The notes beneath the pieces were generated by a model, which saw only the letters and a program-made list of their open reading frames with translations, searched no databases and had not been told where the DNA came from. The position numbers and the translations under genes were made by a program. A DNA stretch of 64,000 nucleotides from NCBI GenBank assembly GCA_963668315.1, contig OY764216.1:1408001-1472000 (forward strand), read 5' to 3'. Positions 30,212-40,331 of this stretch are shown here, in pieces. Numbering within the stretch: position 1 is the stretch's first letter; each line of letters starts with the position of its first letter. The DNA is from Spirochaetia bacterium (GTDB lineage: Bacteria > Spirochaetota > Spirochaetia > DSM-2461).

Positions 30212-30967
30212 TTATTCTGCATCAATTGTCGCAGTAATCGTATAAATCATATCGTCATAACTTCCGCCCGTATCCGCTAAATACTGCGGTTCCGGGACCC
30301 AGACATAGGCGGCATCCGCCTCCGTTGAAAAATAGGAAAAGGATGGGGGGAATTGAGTTAGATCGGGGGACTGATCATAACCCGCGGTGGTGTTAACCGT
30401 TCCATTGCACATCCATCCGGTAAGAGAGAGGGGATATTCCGACTGCAGGTTGTCCAGGTCAATGAGAGGTGATTTATAGAGCATCGCGGGCCTGTCTTTC
30501 GGAAAATAGGTATTATTGTTAAAAGATCTGTCTACCTCAAAGAGAATATAAAATTTACTATTCGATGAAGTGTCAAAATAAGGGGATCTCGAGACGGTAA
30601 AATCACCGTCTTCGGTTGGCGCGGTTACGGCATCGATCTCGCCTTTGTCCATACCGCCCGTTGAATAATCGAGATCATTTATCGCGCCGCCGTCAGTTCT
30701 GTTCCAGATGGGCAATGCGCAGCCCGATACCCCGAAATGAAATGATGAAAGACGGAGAGGCTGAAGGGTAAGTCCATTTTCATCTTCTATCCAGCAGGCG
30801 TAGGCTATGGAACGGTTGTCCGGGGCGCCCCAGTCATGACTGCTGACGCTGACATTGATTGATGTTACAGCGGAATCTGATGAAACCGGCGAAGAAACGG
30901 GACACCCCATTGATAAAAAAAACACTGTACAAAATATGCCTATTTTGAAAACATAACCTATTTTCAT
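30212..30967 (-). CDS. Lipoprotein, DUF2271-like
   Basis: Lipobox SMGC; 'YACWIEDENG...LPIW...IDAVTAPT...EVDRSF'. Confidence 0.6.
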   Translation of the reverse strand: MKIGYVFKIGIFCTVFFLSMGCPVSSPVSSDSAVTSINVSVSSHDWGAPDNRSIAYACWIEDENGLTLQPLRLSSFHFGVSGCALPIWNRTDGGAINDLDYSTGGMDKGEIDAVTAPTEDGDFTVSRSPYFDTSSNSKFYILFEVDRSFNNNTYFPKDRPAMLYKSPLIDLDNLQSEYPLSLTGWMCNGTVNTTAGYDQSPDLTQFPPSFSYFSTEADAAYVWVPEPQYLADTGGSYDDMIYTITATIDAE

Positions 30968-31065
30968 TTCATTCTCTCCTGAGTTCTGAATAAATAACGT
31001 CTGTATAATTTACCGCAGCCCTGGAAAAATTACCCGCCATAACCTAAATCTTCCTGTTATTGAAC

Positions 31066-31137
31066 GTTTCTATTGACAAGAACGTTTCGCGGGTGTATGT
31101 TTCTTTGTATAGTATCGTATCTTTGAATAGAAACATA
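31066..31137 (+). promoter_or_regulatory. trpE promoter/operator
   Basis: TTGACA-N17-TATGTT; near-identical block upstream of trpA; inverted repeat TATGTTTCT/AGAAACATA. Confidence 0.75.
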
Positions 31138-31163
31138 GGCTGTCCGGTCTGAAAGGAAGGAAT

Positions 31164-32564
31164 ATGGAATACAGGATCAAGGAAATAAGGGGTGAGGGAT
31201 TCACTCCCTTCGCTCTCGCGAAGAAATTAAATGCCCCGGTAATATTGGAGTCGACATCTCTGGATCAGGGTAAGGCCCGCTATTCCCTTCTTTTAGTGGA
31301 AGAGGCTTTCCGGGTGGTTCAGGAAGGTCCTGGAGACTTCCTCATCCAATCGGGCCGCAGCTGGGAAAGACGAAAGGAAGAGGGGAAGGATCTGCTGCAT
31401 ATTCTGGAAGAGTACAGCGCTCCCTTTAAGGATGTGGAAACGGATTTTCCCTTTCCCGCCGGGGGAATCGGCTATCTATCCTATGAGTTTTCCCGTTTCT
31501 GCGATAAAATCCGCTTCCCCGAAGCGGCTGTTAACCAGGGACCGGCAGGAGTATTCCTTTTTGGTCATATTTTTCTTATCTATGACCATTTTACCGATAT
31601 GATCCATCTTGTGGGGCTCAATTATCAGGATAAGTGTATTGACCTGGAAGTAGCGCTGGACAGAGTGGAAAAGCGGATTTTCGACATGGATTTCAATTAT
31701 CTGAATGGAGAGAACCGGGAGTATACCGCCAAGGTTGTCTCACCTTCCAATGAGAAAGAGAGATATATGGAGAAGGTGGAGAAACTGAAGGAGGAGATTA
31801 TCAAGGGTAATCTTCTGCAGGCCGTACCTTCCCGCCGTCTGGAGATCGAGACGGATCAGCCCGCTATTGAAGCCTACCGGAATCTTCGGTCATCCAACCC
31901 GTCGCCCTATCTGTTTTATTTCAATTTCGGCGATTACCAGCTCTTCGGCTCCTCCCCTGAAGTTCATGTCAAATCGGACGGAAGGGATGTTATCATTAAA
32001 CCGATTGCCGGTACGCGCCGGAGGGGAAAAACAAGGGAGGAGGAGGAAGCCCTTATCGCGGACCTCCTTAACGATCCCAAGGAGCGGGCCGAGCATCTCA
32101 TGCTGGTGGATCTGGCCCGGAACGATATAGGCCGATTCTGCGAGCACGGATCGGTAAAGCCCGTTTCCCTTTTCGACATAGAGAGGTTCAGCGCGGTGGT
32201 CCATATGGTATCGACGGTGACGGGGCGCATCAAGAAGGGGACGACTCCCGGCGACATTATCCGGGCGACTTTTCCGGCCGGTACCGTATCGGGAGCCCCG
32301 AAAATCAGGGCCATAGAAACGGTCGCCGCCCTGGAGAACCGGGCCCGGGGATTTTACGCCGGCCTGGTGGGGTACTTTGAGCCGGACGGCAGTTTTGATA
32401 CGTGCATCACCATACGAAGCGCCCTCAAGCGTGGCAACAAACTGACACTGCAGGCAGGCGGCGGGATCGTCTTCGATTCCAAGGCGGAACGGGAATGGGA
32501 AGAAACGGGTGAGAAAATCATGGCCCTGGCCCGGGCGGCCGGTCTGGAGGAGGCGCACAAATGA
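31164..32564 (+). CDS. trpE: Anthranilate synthase component I
   Basis: [45 protein letters not shown]. Confidence 0.95.
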   Translation: MEYRIKEIRGEGFTPFALAKKLNAPVILESTSLDQGKARYSLLLVEEAFRVVQEGPGDFLIQSGRSWERRKEEGKDLLHILEEYSAPFKDVETDFPFPAGGIGYLSYEFSRFCDKIRFPEAAVNQGPAGVFLFGHIFLIYDHFTDMIHLVGLNYQDKCIDLEVALDRVEKRIFDMDFNYLNGENREYTAKVVSPSNEKERYMEKVEKLKEEIIKGNLLQAVPSRRLEIETDQPAIEAYRNLRSSNPSPYLFYFNFGDYQLFGSSPEVHVKSDGRDVIIKPIAGTRRRGKTREEEEALIADLLNDPKERAEHLMLVDLARNDIGRFCEHGSVKPVSLFDIERFSAVVHMVSTVTGRIKKGTTPGDIIRATFPAGTVSGAPKIRAIETVAALENRARGFYAGLVGYFEPDGSFDTCITIRSALKRGNKLTLQAGGGIVFDSKAEREWEETGEKIMALARAAGLEEAHK

Positions 32565-34159
32565 TAGTTCTGATTGATAATTACGATTCCTTTACCTATA
32601 ACGTATTTCAGGTGATAAGCGACCTGACCGATGAAGAGGTCCGGGTTATCCGCAATGACGAGATTGACCTGGCCGGACTTAAGGAGCTGAATCCGGACAG
32701 GCTGATTATCTCACCCGGTCCGGGACGCCCCGAGGAGGCGGGAGTCTCCCTGGAGGCTATCAGGGCTTTCGCCGGGAAGGTCCCCGTATTGGGGGTTTGT
32801 CTGGGCCATCAGTCCATGGCGCAGGCCTTTGGAGGAAAGATCGTTCAGGCCCGGAGAATTGTCCACGGCAAGACCGAACCGGTGACCCATGATGCCCGGG
32901 GTATCTTCCGGGGATTGACCCAGAATACCGCTTTTACCCGCTACCACTCTCTGGCGGTGGAAGAGGCTTCCCTGCCGGACTGCTTTGAAATCACCGCCCG
33001 GACGGAGGACGGGGAGATCATGGGGATTCGCCATAGGGAGTACGTGATGGAGGGGGTGCAGTTCCATCCCGAATCCATCGGCGCCCCGGAAGGCCGTCGG
33101 CTTCTGGCGAACTTCCTGCGCTATAAACGGGGGCCGATTCCCGGCAAGGAACTCCTGACAAAGCTGCTGGAGGGTAAGGATTTGACCACGGAAGAGGCGG
33201 CCGACTTTATGGATGAGCTTACCGAGGGGACTCTGAACGAAGCCTATACCGCTGCCGTTTTGACTGCCCTGAACGCCAAGGGCATCGCCCCGGAGGAAGT
33301 GGCCGGTTGCGCCGGGATTCTCAAGGCGAAAAAGAAGAAGGTCCATGTCGCCTGCGAGCCTATCGATATCGTGGGCACCGGCGGAGATGAGGTGGGAACC
33401 TTTAACATTTCCAGTTTTTCCGCCCTGATCGCCGCGGCCTGCGGGGTTCCCGTGGCCAAGCATGGTAACCGGGCTGTCTCCTCTAAAAGCGGGGCGGCGG
33501 ACTTTTACAAGGAGCTGGGAATCAACCTGAGTCTGAGTCCGGAACGAGCGGCGGAGCTGGTGGAGAAGGAGAACTTTGCTTTCCTCTTTGCCCCCCAGTT
33601 TCACGCGGCCATGAGATTCGCCGCGCCTGTAAGAAAGGCCATGGGCATCAAGACGATTATGAATCTGCTGGGACCGCTGGTGAATCCGGCGGAAACGCCC
33701 TTTCAGCTGGTCGGGGTGTACGATCCCAAGCTCTGTCCCATCATGGCCCGGGCGGCCCATATGCTGGGTGTGAAAAGGGTTATGACCGTAAACTCAAGCG
33801 AAGGGCTGGATGAGATGACCCTATCCGGTCCGAACCGGATTTTCTTTATCGACGAAGAGGGAAATGAGGAGGATTATTTCTTTGATCCCTGTGCCGAGGG
33901 GCTTCCAAAGGTGGAACTGGAGGAGATCCTGGGCGGAACGCCGGCGGAGAATGCCGAAAGGGCGAAGAGTCTGCTGGCGGGGAAGGGGGAGAACGGCATT
34001 AAAGCCACCTGCGCTCTGAACGCCGGAGCCGCTCTGTATGTGGCGGGCCATGCCGATTCCATTAAGGATGGTTATGACAAGGCCATGGCGGCTCTGAAGA
34101 GCGGTAAGGTTACGAAACAGCTGGATAAAATTGTAGCCATGTCCCAGGTGACCGCCTGA
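32561..34159 (+). CDS. trpGD: TrpG-TrpD fusion (glutamine amidotransferase + anthranilate phosphoribosyltransferase)
   Basis: [43 protein letters not shown]. Confidence 0.95.
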   Translation: MIVLIDNYDSFTYNVFQVISDLTDEEVRVIRNDEIDLAGLKELNPDRLIISPGPGRPEEAGVSLEAIRAFAGKVPVLGVCLGHQSMAQAFGGKIVQARRIVHGKTEPVTHDARGIFRGLTQNTAFTRYHSLAVEEASLPDCFEITARTEDGEIMGIRHREYVMEGVQFHPESIGAPEGRRLLANFLRYKRGPIPGKELLTKLLEGKDLTTEEAADFMDELTEGTLNEAYTAAVLTALNAKGIAPEEVAGCAGILKAKKKKVHVACEPIDIVGTGGDEVGTFNISSFSALIAAACGVPVAKHGNRAVSSKSGAADFYKELGINLSLSPERAAELVEKENFAFLFAPQFHAAMRFAAPVRKAMGIKTIMNLLGPLVNPAETPFQLVGVYDPKLCPIMARAAHMLGVKRVMTVNSSEGLDEMTLSGPNRIFFIDEEGNEEDYFFDPCAEGLPKVELEEILGGTPAENAERAKSLLAGKGENGIKATCALNAGAALYVAGHADSIKDGYDKAMAALKSGKVTKQLDKIVAMSQVTA

Positions 34160-35646
34160 TGGCCGAAGAGAAAGGAACAGCCGGCAAGAACCGACTGTCG
34201 GGAGAAACTATCCTGGACGAGATAGTCCGGGTGCGGCGGGAGCGGGTGAAGAGGCTGGGGGCCTGCGAAGGGGCGACGGTGCCGAAGGAGAGAATCGCGG
34301 CGGCACCTCTGCCCTTCGGGGCGGACCCCTTTCTGATCTGCGAAATCAAGCGGCGGTCTCCCTCCAAGGGAAATATCAACAACAGCCTGGATCCTTTGGA
34401 GCAGGCGAAGATTTACACGGAGCGGGGCGCCTCCCATATCAGCATTCTGACCGAGCCGGAATACTTCGGCGGTTCTTTGGATGACTTGATGGCCGTGAGG
34501 AAGGCCTTCCCCCGGGCTCGGATTTTGCGGAAGGATTTTCTTCTGACCTTGGAGGATGTGGAGGTTTCTTATCGGGCCGGGGCGGATGCGTTTCTGCTGA
34601 TTGCTTCGGTTCTGGACGGGGAAACGATTAGGGAGATGTACGAGTACGGTGTCTCCCTGGGGATGACCCCCCTGGTGGAGCTGCACTCCCCGGAGGAAGC
34701 GGCTAAAGTACGGCCCTTCGCCCCGACACTGACCGGTGTGAACTGCCGGGACCTGAAGACCTTTACCATTGATCCCCTGGGGCCGGTGAAACTGAAGAAC
34801 CATATTGACTGGGATTGCCAGGTTGTCTACGAGTCGGGGATCAAGTCGGTGAAGGACGCCCGGTTCGCCCTGGGCTGCGGACTGGATGGGCTGCTGGTAG
34901 GGGAGGGCGTCGTCAGGGATAAGGAACTGGCCGCCGGTCTGATCGGGGAGTTCCGGGATCGGGACCAGCATGCCGGAACTTTTGCTTTCTGGCGGAAACT
35001 GTACGGCCGGTACGATTACGGCCGGCCCCTGGTGAAGATCTGCGGGATTACCCGGACTGAGGATGCCCGGGAGGCGGTGAGGCTGGGGGCCGATGCGCTG
35101 GGATTTATCCTGGCCGAGTCGCCCCGGAAGATCGATCCGGCGAAACTGGAGAAGTTCCGGGAGTTCGATGTGCCCCGCATCGGGGTGGTTATTTTGTCGG
35201 AGGAGCCGGCTGAAAAGGCACGGCAGGAAGGCGAATTAAGAGAACTGCTGGCGAAAGGCCTGTTGGACGGCGTACAATTTCATGGGAAGGAACCGGCGGA
35301 GACGGTGGAGGCTTTTCCCGGATACAAGGCTTTGAATGTGAAATCCGCCGAGGATCTGGTATTGAGAGAGGCCTACCGGCCGAGGCCCGTACTGACCGAT
35401 GCGTTTCATAGGGACAGGTCGGGAGTGGGTAACAAGGTGCTGGACCCGGAGCTGATCGAACAGGCAAAGAGACAGGGAAACCTGTGGCTGGCCGGCGGGC
35501 TGAGTCCGGATAATCTGGAAGGGATTCTGCGGACCTATCAGCCGGAGCTGATTGATATGGCCAGCGGGGTGGAAGAGTCCCCCGGAGTGAAGAGTTTCGA
35601 GAAGCTGGCCCGCGTGTTTGAGATAGTCAACGCGGTAGAGCGGTAG
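34159..35646 (+). CDS. trpCF: TrpC-TrpF fusion
   Basis: EIKRRSPSKG, LRKDF, ESGI; VKICGIT, LAGGLSPDN, DMASGVE. Confidence 0.95.
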   Translation: MAEEKGTAGKNRLSGETILDEIVRVRRERVKRLGACEGATVPKERIAAAPLPFGADPFLICEIKRRSPSKGNINNSLDPLEQAKIYTERGASHISILTEPEYFGGSLDDLMAVRKAFPRARILRKDFLLTLEDVEVSYRAGADAFLLIASVLDGETIREMYEYGVSLGMTPLVELHSPEEAAKVRPFAPTLTGVNCRDLKTFTIDPLGPVKLKNHIDWDCQVVYESGIKSVKDARFALGCGLDGLLVGEGVVRDKELAAGLIGEFRDRDQHAGTFAFWRKLYGRYDYGRPLVKICGITRTEDAREAVRLGADALGFILAESPRKIDPAKLEKFREFDVPRIGVVILSEEPAEKARQEGELRELLAKGLLDGVQFHGKEPAETVEAFPGYKALNVKSAEDLVLREAYRPRPVLTDAFHRDRSGVGNKVLDPELIEQAKRQGNLWLAGGLSPDNLEGILRTYQPELIDMASGVEESPGVKSFEKLARVFEIVNAVER

Positions 35647-35860
35647 GGATTCCGTTAGGCTTGGGCACTTGGCCCCAAAAGGAACAGCGAAGCTATAGCG
35701 TTTTGCCCCGGCATTTAGCCCTAAAAGCCTACCCGGAGCGAAGCGGTAGGGATAGAAGGGGAGCCCGAGGTGGGACACCGAGGAGCTGACCCCGCAGGAA
35801 TGAAATGACGAGGAGGCCGAAGCCCCGGATAGCCCGGGCCGGAGGCACCGCCCAGATAAT
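35639..35860. repeat. Structured intergenic element (REP/MITE-like) between trpCF and trpB
   Basis: 12-bp direct repeat AGCGGTAGGGAT at 35639 and 35742; nested inverted repeats TAGGCTT/AAGCCTA and CCTACC/GGTAGG. Confidence 0.5.
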
Positions 35861-35872
35861 GAGGAGATTGAT

Positions 35873-37099
35873 GTGGACAGAGCAGGATTTTTTGGAGAAT
35901 TCGGGGGGCGGTATGTGGCGGAAGTGCTGCGGAGGCCCCTTGAGGAGCTGGAAGAGGGTTTTGCCGAGGCGATGGGTGATGAGGCGTTTCGGGCGGAACT
36001 GGCCGAGCTTCAGAGGGATTATATCGGGAGGCCCACTCCGCTTTTGCATGCGAAGAATGCATCGGCCGAGCTGGGGGGCGCCGAGATTTATGTGAAGCTG
36101 GAGGGGCTGGCCAATACGGGGGCCCATAAGATTAATAATGCCATGGGGCAGGCGCTGCTGGCGAAGAGGCTGGGAAAGACCCGGATTATCGCCGAGACGG
36201 GAGCCGGTCAGCATGGGGTGGCCACGGCGGCGGTGTGCGCCCGGCTGGGGCTGGAGTGCGTGGTTTATATGGGCGAGGAGGATATCGCCCGGCAGCGGCC
36301 CAATGTGTACTGGATGGAGCTGTACGGGGCGAAGGTCGTGCCCGTGTGTTCCGGGAGCCGGACGCTGAAGGACGCGGTGAATGAGGCTTTGCGCGACTGG
36401 GCGTCGACTTTTCCGAACACCCACTACTTGCTGGGGTCCGCTCTGGGACCGGCGCCTTTTCCCGATATGGTGCGGGAGTTTCAGTCGGTGATCGGCCGGG
36501 AGGTGGACAGCGCTCTGAGCGAGCGGGATGTCAGGGCGGACGCTCTGGTGGCCTGCGTGGGGGGCGGTTCCAACGCGATCGGTTTTTTTGCCCCCTTTCT
36601 AGAGCGGGAGACGCCCCGGCTGATCGGGGTGGAAGCGGGAGGCCGCGGGCCCGGCGAGGGGAATAACGCGGTGCGCATGACCGACGTGGGCAAGACGGGG
36701 ATCGCCCAGGGGTACAAGAGCCGGTTCCTCTTGGACGGGGACGGGCAGCTTTTGCATACCCATTCGGTCTCCGCCGGGCTGGATTACCCGGGGATCGGGC
36801 CGCAGCTGGCCCATCTGGGCATGTCCGGGCGGCTGGAGTTCCGGTCGGCTCTGGATGAGGAGGCTTTGCAGGCTCTGAAGTTTTTCGCCCGGACCGAGGG
36901 GGTGATTTTCGCCCTGGAATCGGCCCATGCGGGGGCCGAGGCGATGAAACTGGCCAAGGAGCTGGGGCCGGGGAAGGTCCTGGTGGTGAATATGTCCGGC
37001 CGGGGGGATAAGGATATCTTTATTTCGGCCCCCCATCTGGGCGGGGAGAGCTGGGTGAGCTTTCTCGCCGAGGAGACGGCGCGCCTGGCGAAGGGGTGA
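35873..37099 (+). CDS. trpB: Tryptophan synthase beta chain
   Basis: FGGRYV, TGAHKINN, AETGAGQHG, CVGGGSNAIG, SAGLDYPG, SGRGDKD. Confidence 0.97.
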   Translation: MDRAGFFGEFGGRYVAEVLRRPLEELEEGFAEAMGDEAFRAELAELQRDYIGRPTPLLHAKNASAELGGAEIYVKLEGLANTGAHKINNAMGQALLAKRLGKTRIIAETGAGQHGVATAAVCARLGLECVVYMGEEDIARQRPNVYWMELYGAKVVPVCSGSRTLKDAVNEALRDWASTFPNTHYLLGSALGPAPFPDMVREFQSVIGREVDSALSERDVRADALVACVGGGSNAIGFFAPFLERETPRLIGVEAGGRGPGEGNNAVRMTDVGKTGIAQGYKSRFLLDGDGQLLHTHSVSAGLDYPGIGPQLAHLGMSGRLEFRSALDEEALQALKFFARTEGVIFALESAHAGAEAMKLAKELGPGKVLVVNMSGRGDKDIFISAPHLGGESWVSFLAEETARLAKG

Positions 37100-37102
37100 T
37101 CC

Positions 37103-37501
37103 CTAGCTGCCGGTTGTGAAGGTGATCGTTGTATTCTCCGGGATGAGTTCTCCTGCCTGGCTTCCCATGGTCTGGGGTGTCCCGGTGGGGTTCATAGTAT
37201 AGGAGTACTCGGTGTTATTACTCAGCGCCCCTCCCAGGGTTATGGTCAGCGTTTTATAGTCGCTTGACCAGCTTTCCCCATCATCAAAGTCGTCAAGAGC
37301 AGTGTTGTATTCGATATTGATGTTTCCATTCATGGTTTCAGAGAATGTTATGGTCAGGACGCCGTTAGCTGAGGCATTGGTTTCCCCGTTTGCAGGGGAA
37401 GAGATCCAGGACAAACCGCTGTCTGCGGTATCGGATCCGTTATTGCAGCCGATGAAAAATAAAAAAAAGAAAAGGCCAGACGTGTAAAGAAGCTTTCTCA
37501 T
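37103..37501 (-). CDS. Lipoprotein with an Ig-like (Big_5/SbsA-type) domain
   Basis: Lipobox FIGC; 'SPANGETN...ITFSETM...KTLTIT...L..NTEY...TITFTTG'. Confidence 0.75.
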   Translation of the reverse strand: MRKLLYTSGLFFFLFFIGCNNGSDTADSGLSWISSPANGETNASANGVLTITFSETMNGNINIEYNTALDDFDDGESWSSDYKTLTITLGGALSNNTEYSYTMNPTGTPQTMGSQAGELIPENTTITFTTGS

Positions 37502-37640
37502 AAAAAAATATCCTCCCACGGAGTACTGAATGTATTACTGGTAATATATCTCTGGAAATAAGAATACGCATGTTTTTTATTTGTTTATTTTGTGTTTAAT
37601 TATGGGGGATGGTTTCCTCAAAGGGGGCAAGTCTTCCCTT

Positions 37641-37696
37641 GTTTCTATTGACAAGAACAACGGGGAGAGTGTATGTTTCTCTGTATAGAATCGTTT
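37641..37696 (+). promoter_or_regulatory. trpA promoter, a copy of the trpE promoter block
   Basis: GTTTCTATTGACAAGAAC-N10-GTGTATGTTTCTCTGTATAGAATCGT. Confidence 0.75.
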
Positions 37697-37714
37697 ATTC
37701 CGAAGGAGTGTTCC

Positions 37715-38455
37715 ATGGCCGATACATTAATGACCCATTTCATCGCGGGCTATCCCACGGTGGAGGAATCACTGAAGGTGGGGAAGGCCCTGATGGCCGG
37801 GGGGGCGTCCTACCTGGAGATGCAGATTCCCTACTCCGACCCCACGGCGGACGGTCCGGTTATCGCCGCCGCCTGCGACAAGGCCCTGGCTAACGGGTTC
37901 CGGGTGGACCGGGCCTTTGAGCTGTGCCGGGAGCTGACTTCCGTCGAAGGGGCGGTTCCCCTGTTTCTGATGAGCTACGGAGGCATTGTCTACAACGCCG
38001 GAGTGGAGGCTTTTGCCGCCCGGGCGAGGGAGGCGGGAGCGTCGGGGCTGATTATTCCCGACCTGGCTCCGGGGAGCGATGAGGGGCTGGCCGAAGCCTG
38101 CCGGAAGGAGGGGCTTTTCTGCGTGCCCGTGCTGATCCCCGGCGTGGAAGAGAGCCGGATAGAGGAAGTGATGGCCGACAGGCCCGAGTGGGTTTACCTG
38201 GCATTGCGCCGGGGAATTACGGGGACTATGACGGAGCTGGGCGAGGAGAACCTGGCCACCCTGGACAAGCTGAAGAAGCGGGGCGTGATGATTATGGCCG
38301 GATTCGGCATACAGGCGCGGAGCCAGGTGGAAGCGGTGGCGCCCCACGCGGATGCGGTGATTGTGGGGAGCCAGGTGGTGCGCACGATCAATGAGTGCCC
38401 CCCGGGGGACTACGGGGCGGTCTCCGATTTTGTCAGGGAGCTTATGGGGCGATAG
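37715..38455 (+). CDS. trpA: Tryptophan synthase alpha chain
   Basis: AGYP, LEMQIPYSDPTADGPVI, IIPDL, GITG, AGFGI, VIVGS. Confidence 0.95.
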   Translation: MADTLMTHFIAGYPTVEESLKVGKALMAGGASYLEMQIPYSDPTADGPVIAAACDKALANGFRVDRAFELCRELTSVEGAVPLFLMSYGGIVYNAGVEAFAARAREAGASGLIIPDLAPGSDEGLAEACRKEGLFCVPVLIPGVEESRIEEVMADRPEWVYLALRRGITGTMTELGEENLATLDKLKKRGVMIMAGFGIQARSQVEAVAPHADAVIVGSQVVRTINECPPGDYGAVSDFVRELMGR

Positions 38456-39245
38456 GCATCTGCAGTTCGGTTAGGTATTTTCGGGGATTCCCCGGGAAGA
38501 TCATCCCCGGGCCTTTCAGGTAAATCTCCCGGTAGGGGCCGGCCTGGGAAAGGCCCATCTCTTCCCGCCGGTCCATAAGCAGGCGGTAGGAATCGCCGAT
38601 CCTTTCGTAGGGGCCCCTATGGATTACGGAGAGTACCCTCGCTGCGGGCAGTTCACGGTACTCCGTATCGGGGGAGGTGATTTTTCTTCTTACCGGCAGA
38701 CATACGGTGACTTCCGGATCGTCCAGGTCCAAATCTTCCTTGTATAAATTGAACACTTTGCCCGAGGCGCTTCCCCGGGCCGTTTTGAAGAGGCGGCCCA
38801 TGTATTTTCCGCACTCCTCAAAAGCTCCTTTATAAGTAACGCAGATGATTTTCATCGCTTCTATCTCTTTCATGGTTATATCCCGGTTTTTTTCCATTTT
38901 CTGTGATTCCTCTTCGTTTTTCAAAAGAAGGGTGAGATCCTTTTCTATATGGGACAGTTTCTCCATTTTAGACCTGATCTCCTCCCGCTTGCGGGCGATA
39001 ATCGGTATCAACTCCCGGTCCTCTTCGTATTCGTCCAGTATTTCCTTTATCTCCTTAAGGGAGAAGTCCCAGGCTCTGAGCCGCCCGATGATCCGCGTTC
39101 TCTCTATGAGGGACTCGTCGTAATAGCGGTAGCCCGTGAAGGGATCGATCCTGCTGGGTTCCAGAAGTCCCGCTTCTTGGTAATTCCTGAGTACTTTGAC
39201 GGAAAATCGTGTAATGAGGGCGAAGTCGCCGATTCGGTATTCCAT
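38442..39245 (-). CDS. MerR family regulator with a GyrI-like ligand domain (BmrR-like)
   Basis: YRIGDFA...LRNY...GLLEP.RID..TGYRYY; HRGPYE...REIYL.GP...TELQMPI. Confidence 0.92.
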   Translation of the reverse strand: MEYRIGDFALITRFSVKVLRNYQEAGLLEPSRIDPFTGYRYYDESLIERTRIIGRLRAWDFSLKEIKEILDEYEEDRELIPIIARKREEIRSKMEKLSHIEKDLTLLLKNEEESQKMEKNRDITMKEIEAMKIICVTYKGAFEECGKYMGRLFKTARGSASGKVFNLYKEDLDLDDPEVTVCLPVRRKITSPDTEYRELPAARVLSVIHRGPYERIGDSYRLLMDRREEMGLSQAGPYREIYLKGPGMIFPGNPRKYLTELQMPIAP

Positions 39246-39264
39246 TGAATTGCTCCTTTTCCGG

Positions 39265-40299
39265 TCAGGGCCGGAGAAAATTCTCTACCAGCTTTCTGAA
39301 GGCATTTGGTTCTTCCATATAGGGGAAGTGAGTGGAATCTCCCAGTTCATTATACACCCCCCGGGGAAATAGTTCGGCGTATTCCCGGGACGTTTCCGGT
39401 CCGTAGAGATCTTTTGCCCCGTGAATGACAAGCACGGGGCAGGTTACCTTTTTTAGCTCTTCCCGGTAATCGTATTTTCTCCCCAGGCTGAAGAAGGGGG
39501 CATGTCCGGCGAAACCGCCCGGAACAGCCGCCCCGTCTGTTTCCGGATCAATAACGCTGCCGGGGTAACGGTTTTCCAGGGCGGCGAAATAAAAATCACC
39601 GTACTTTCCGTTAAGAGCGGAAAGCTCCTCCTCGGTCCGCTTAAAGAATTTTCCGTAGTTGAAGTAGTCGCCGATGAAGGCTTTATACTCCTTTTTTTGA
39701 GTGGGGGACAGCCAATTCGCTATTTGATTCATTCCGCCGTGGCTGTTGGGCAGGGCGAGCATGTCCGCCGGTTCCACCAGTATCATCTTTTCCACCCGGC
39801 CGGGAAATTCCAGGGCATACAGGGCGGCCAGAAAACCGCCGAATGAGTGGCCGATGATAATGATTTTCTCCTCTCCCAGCAGGCATCGGATCCTCTCGAT
39901 ATCTTCGAGCTGCCGCGAAAGTCCCAGCTTCTCCTCGAGGAGGGCCGCGTTTTCCGGCCAGGGGGAAGAGGGAAATTCCCGGAAGGGAATAGTGGATTTT
40001 CCGCATCCCCTCTGGTGGTAGTAATGAAACCGAAATCCTGCTATATCTTCCAGGCCGGGCCATGGCGACTCAAAGGGCACGGCCGGGCCGCCGTGTATCA
40101 CGAGAACATTACGGCCCTCTCCCCGGGAGAAATGATAAAGTTCCGTTTCATCGTCCATTTTCCAGTAATCCCGGGCCGCTCCGCTCTGGTCGGGTATCCC
40201 GGGGACGAGTGATCCTGCTAAGACGCCCGGTTTGTATGCTGCTTTTCTGCCGCAGGAAAGCAGCAAGAGAAGAGGGATAAGAATAAGACATTTTTTCAT
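39265..40299 (-). CDS. Alpha/beta hydrolase lipoprotein (proline iminopeptidase-like)
   Basis: Lipobox LLSC; HGGP, QRGCG, GHSFGG, HGAKD, STHFP. Confidence 0.88.
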   Translation of the reverse strand: MKKCLILIPLLLLLSCGRKAAYKPGVLAGSLVPGIPDQSGAARDYWKMDDETELYHFSRGEGRNVLVIHGGPAVPFESPWPGLEDIAGFRFHYYHQRGCGKSTIPFREFPSSPWPENAALLEEKLGLSRQLEDIERIRCLLGEEKIIIIGHSFGGFLAALYALEFPGRVEKMILVEPADMLALPNSHGGMNQIANWLSPTQKKEYKAFIGDYFNYGKFFKRTEEELSALNGKYGDFYFAALENRYPGSVIDPETDGAAVPGGFAGHAPFFSLGRKYDYREELKKVTCPVLVIHGAKDLYGPETSREYAELFPRGVYNELGDSTHFPYMEEPNAFRKLVENFLRP

Positions 40300-40331
40300 G
40301 GAAATCCTCCGTTTCGTCTGGTCTATAACGA

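Noticed and set aside
31100..31163. Trp leader peptide or T-box attenuator
   Set aside because: The leader is only about 55 nt, with no Trp-codon uORF, T-box motif or terminator.
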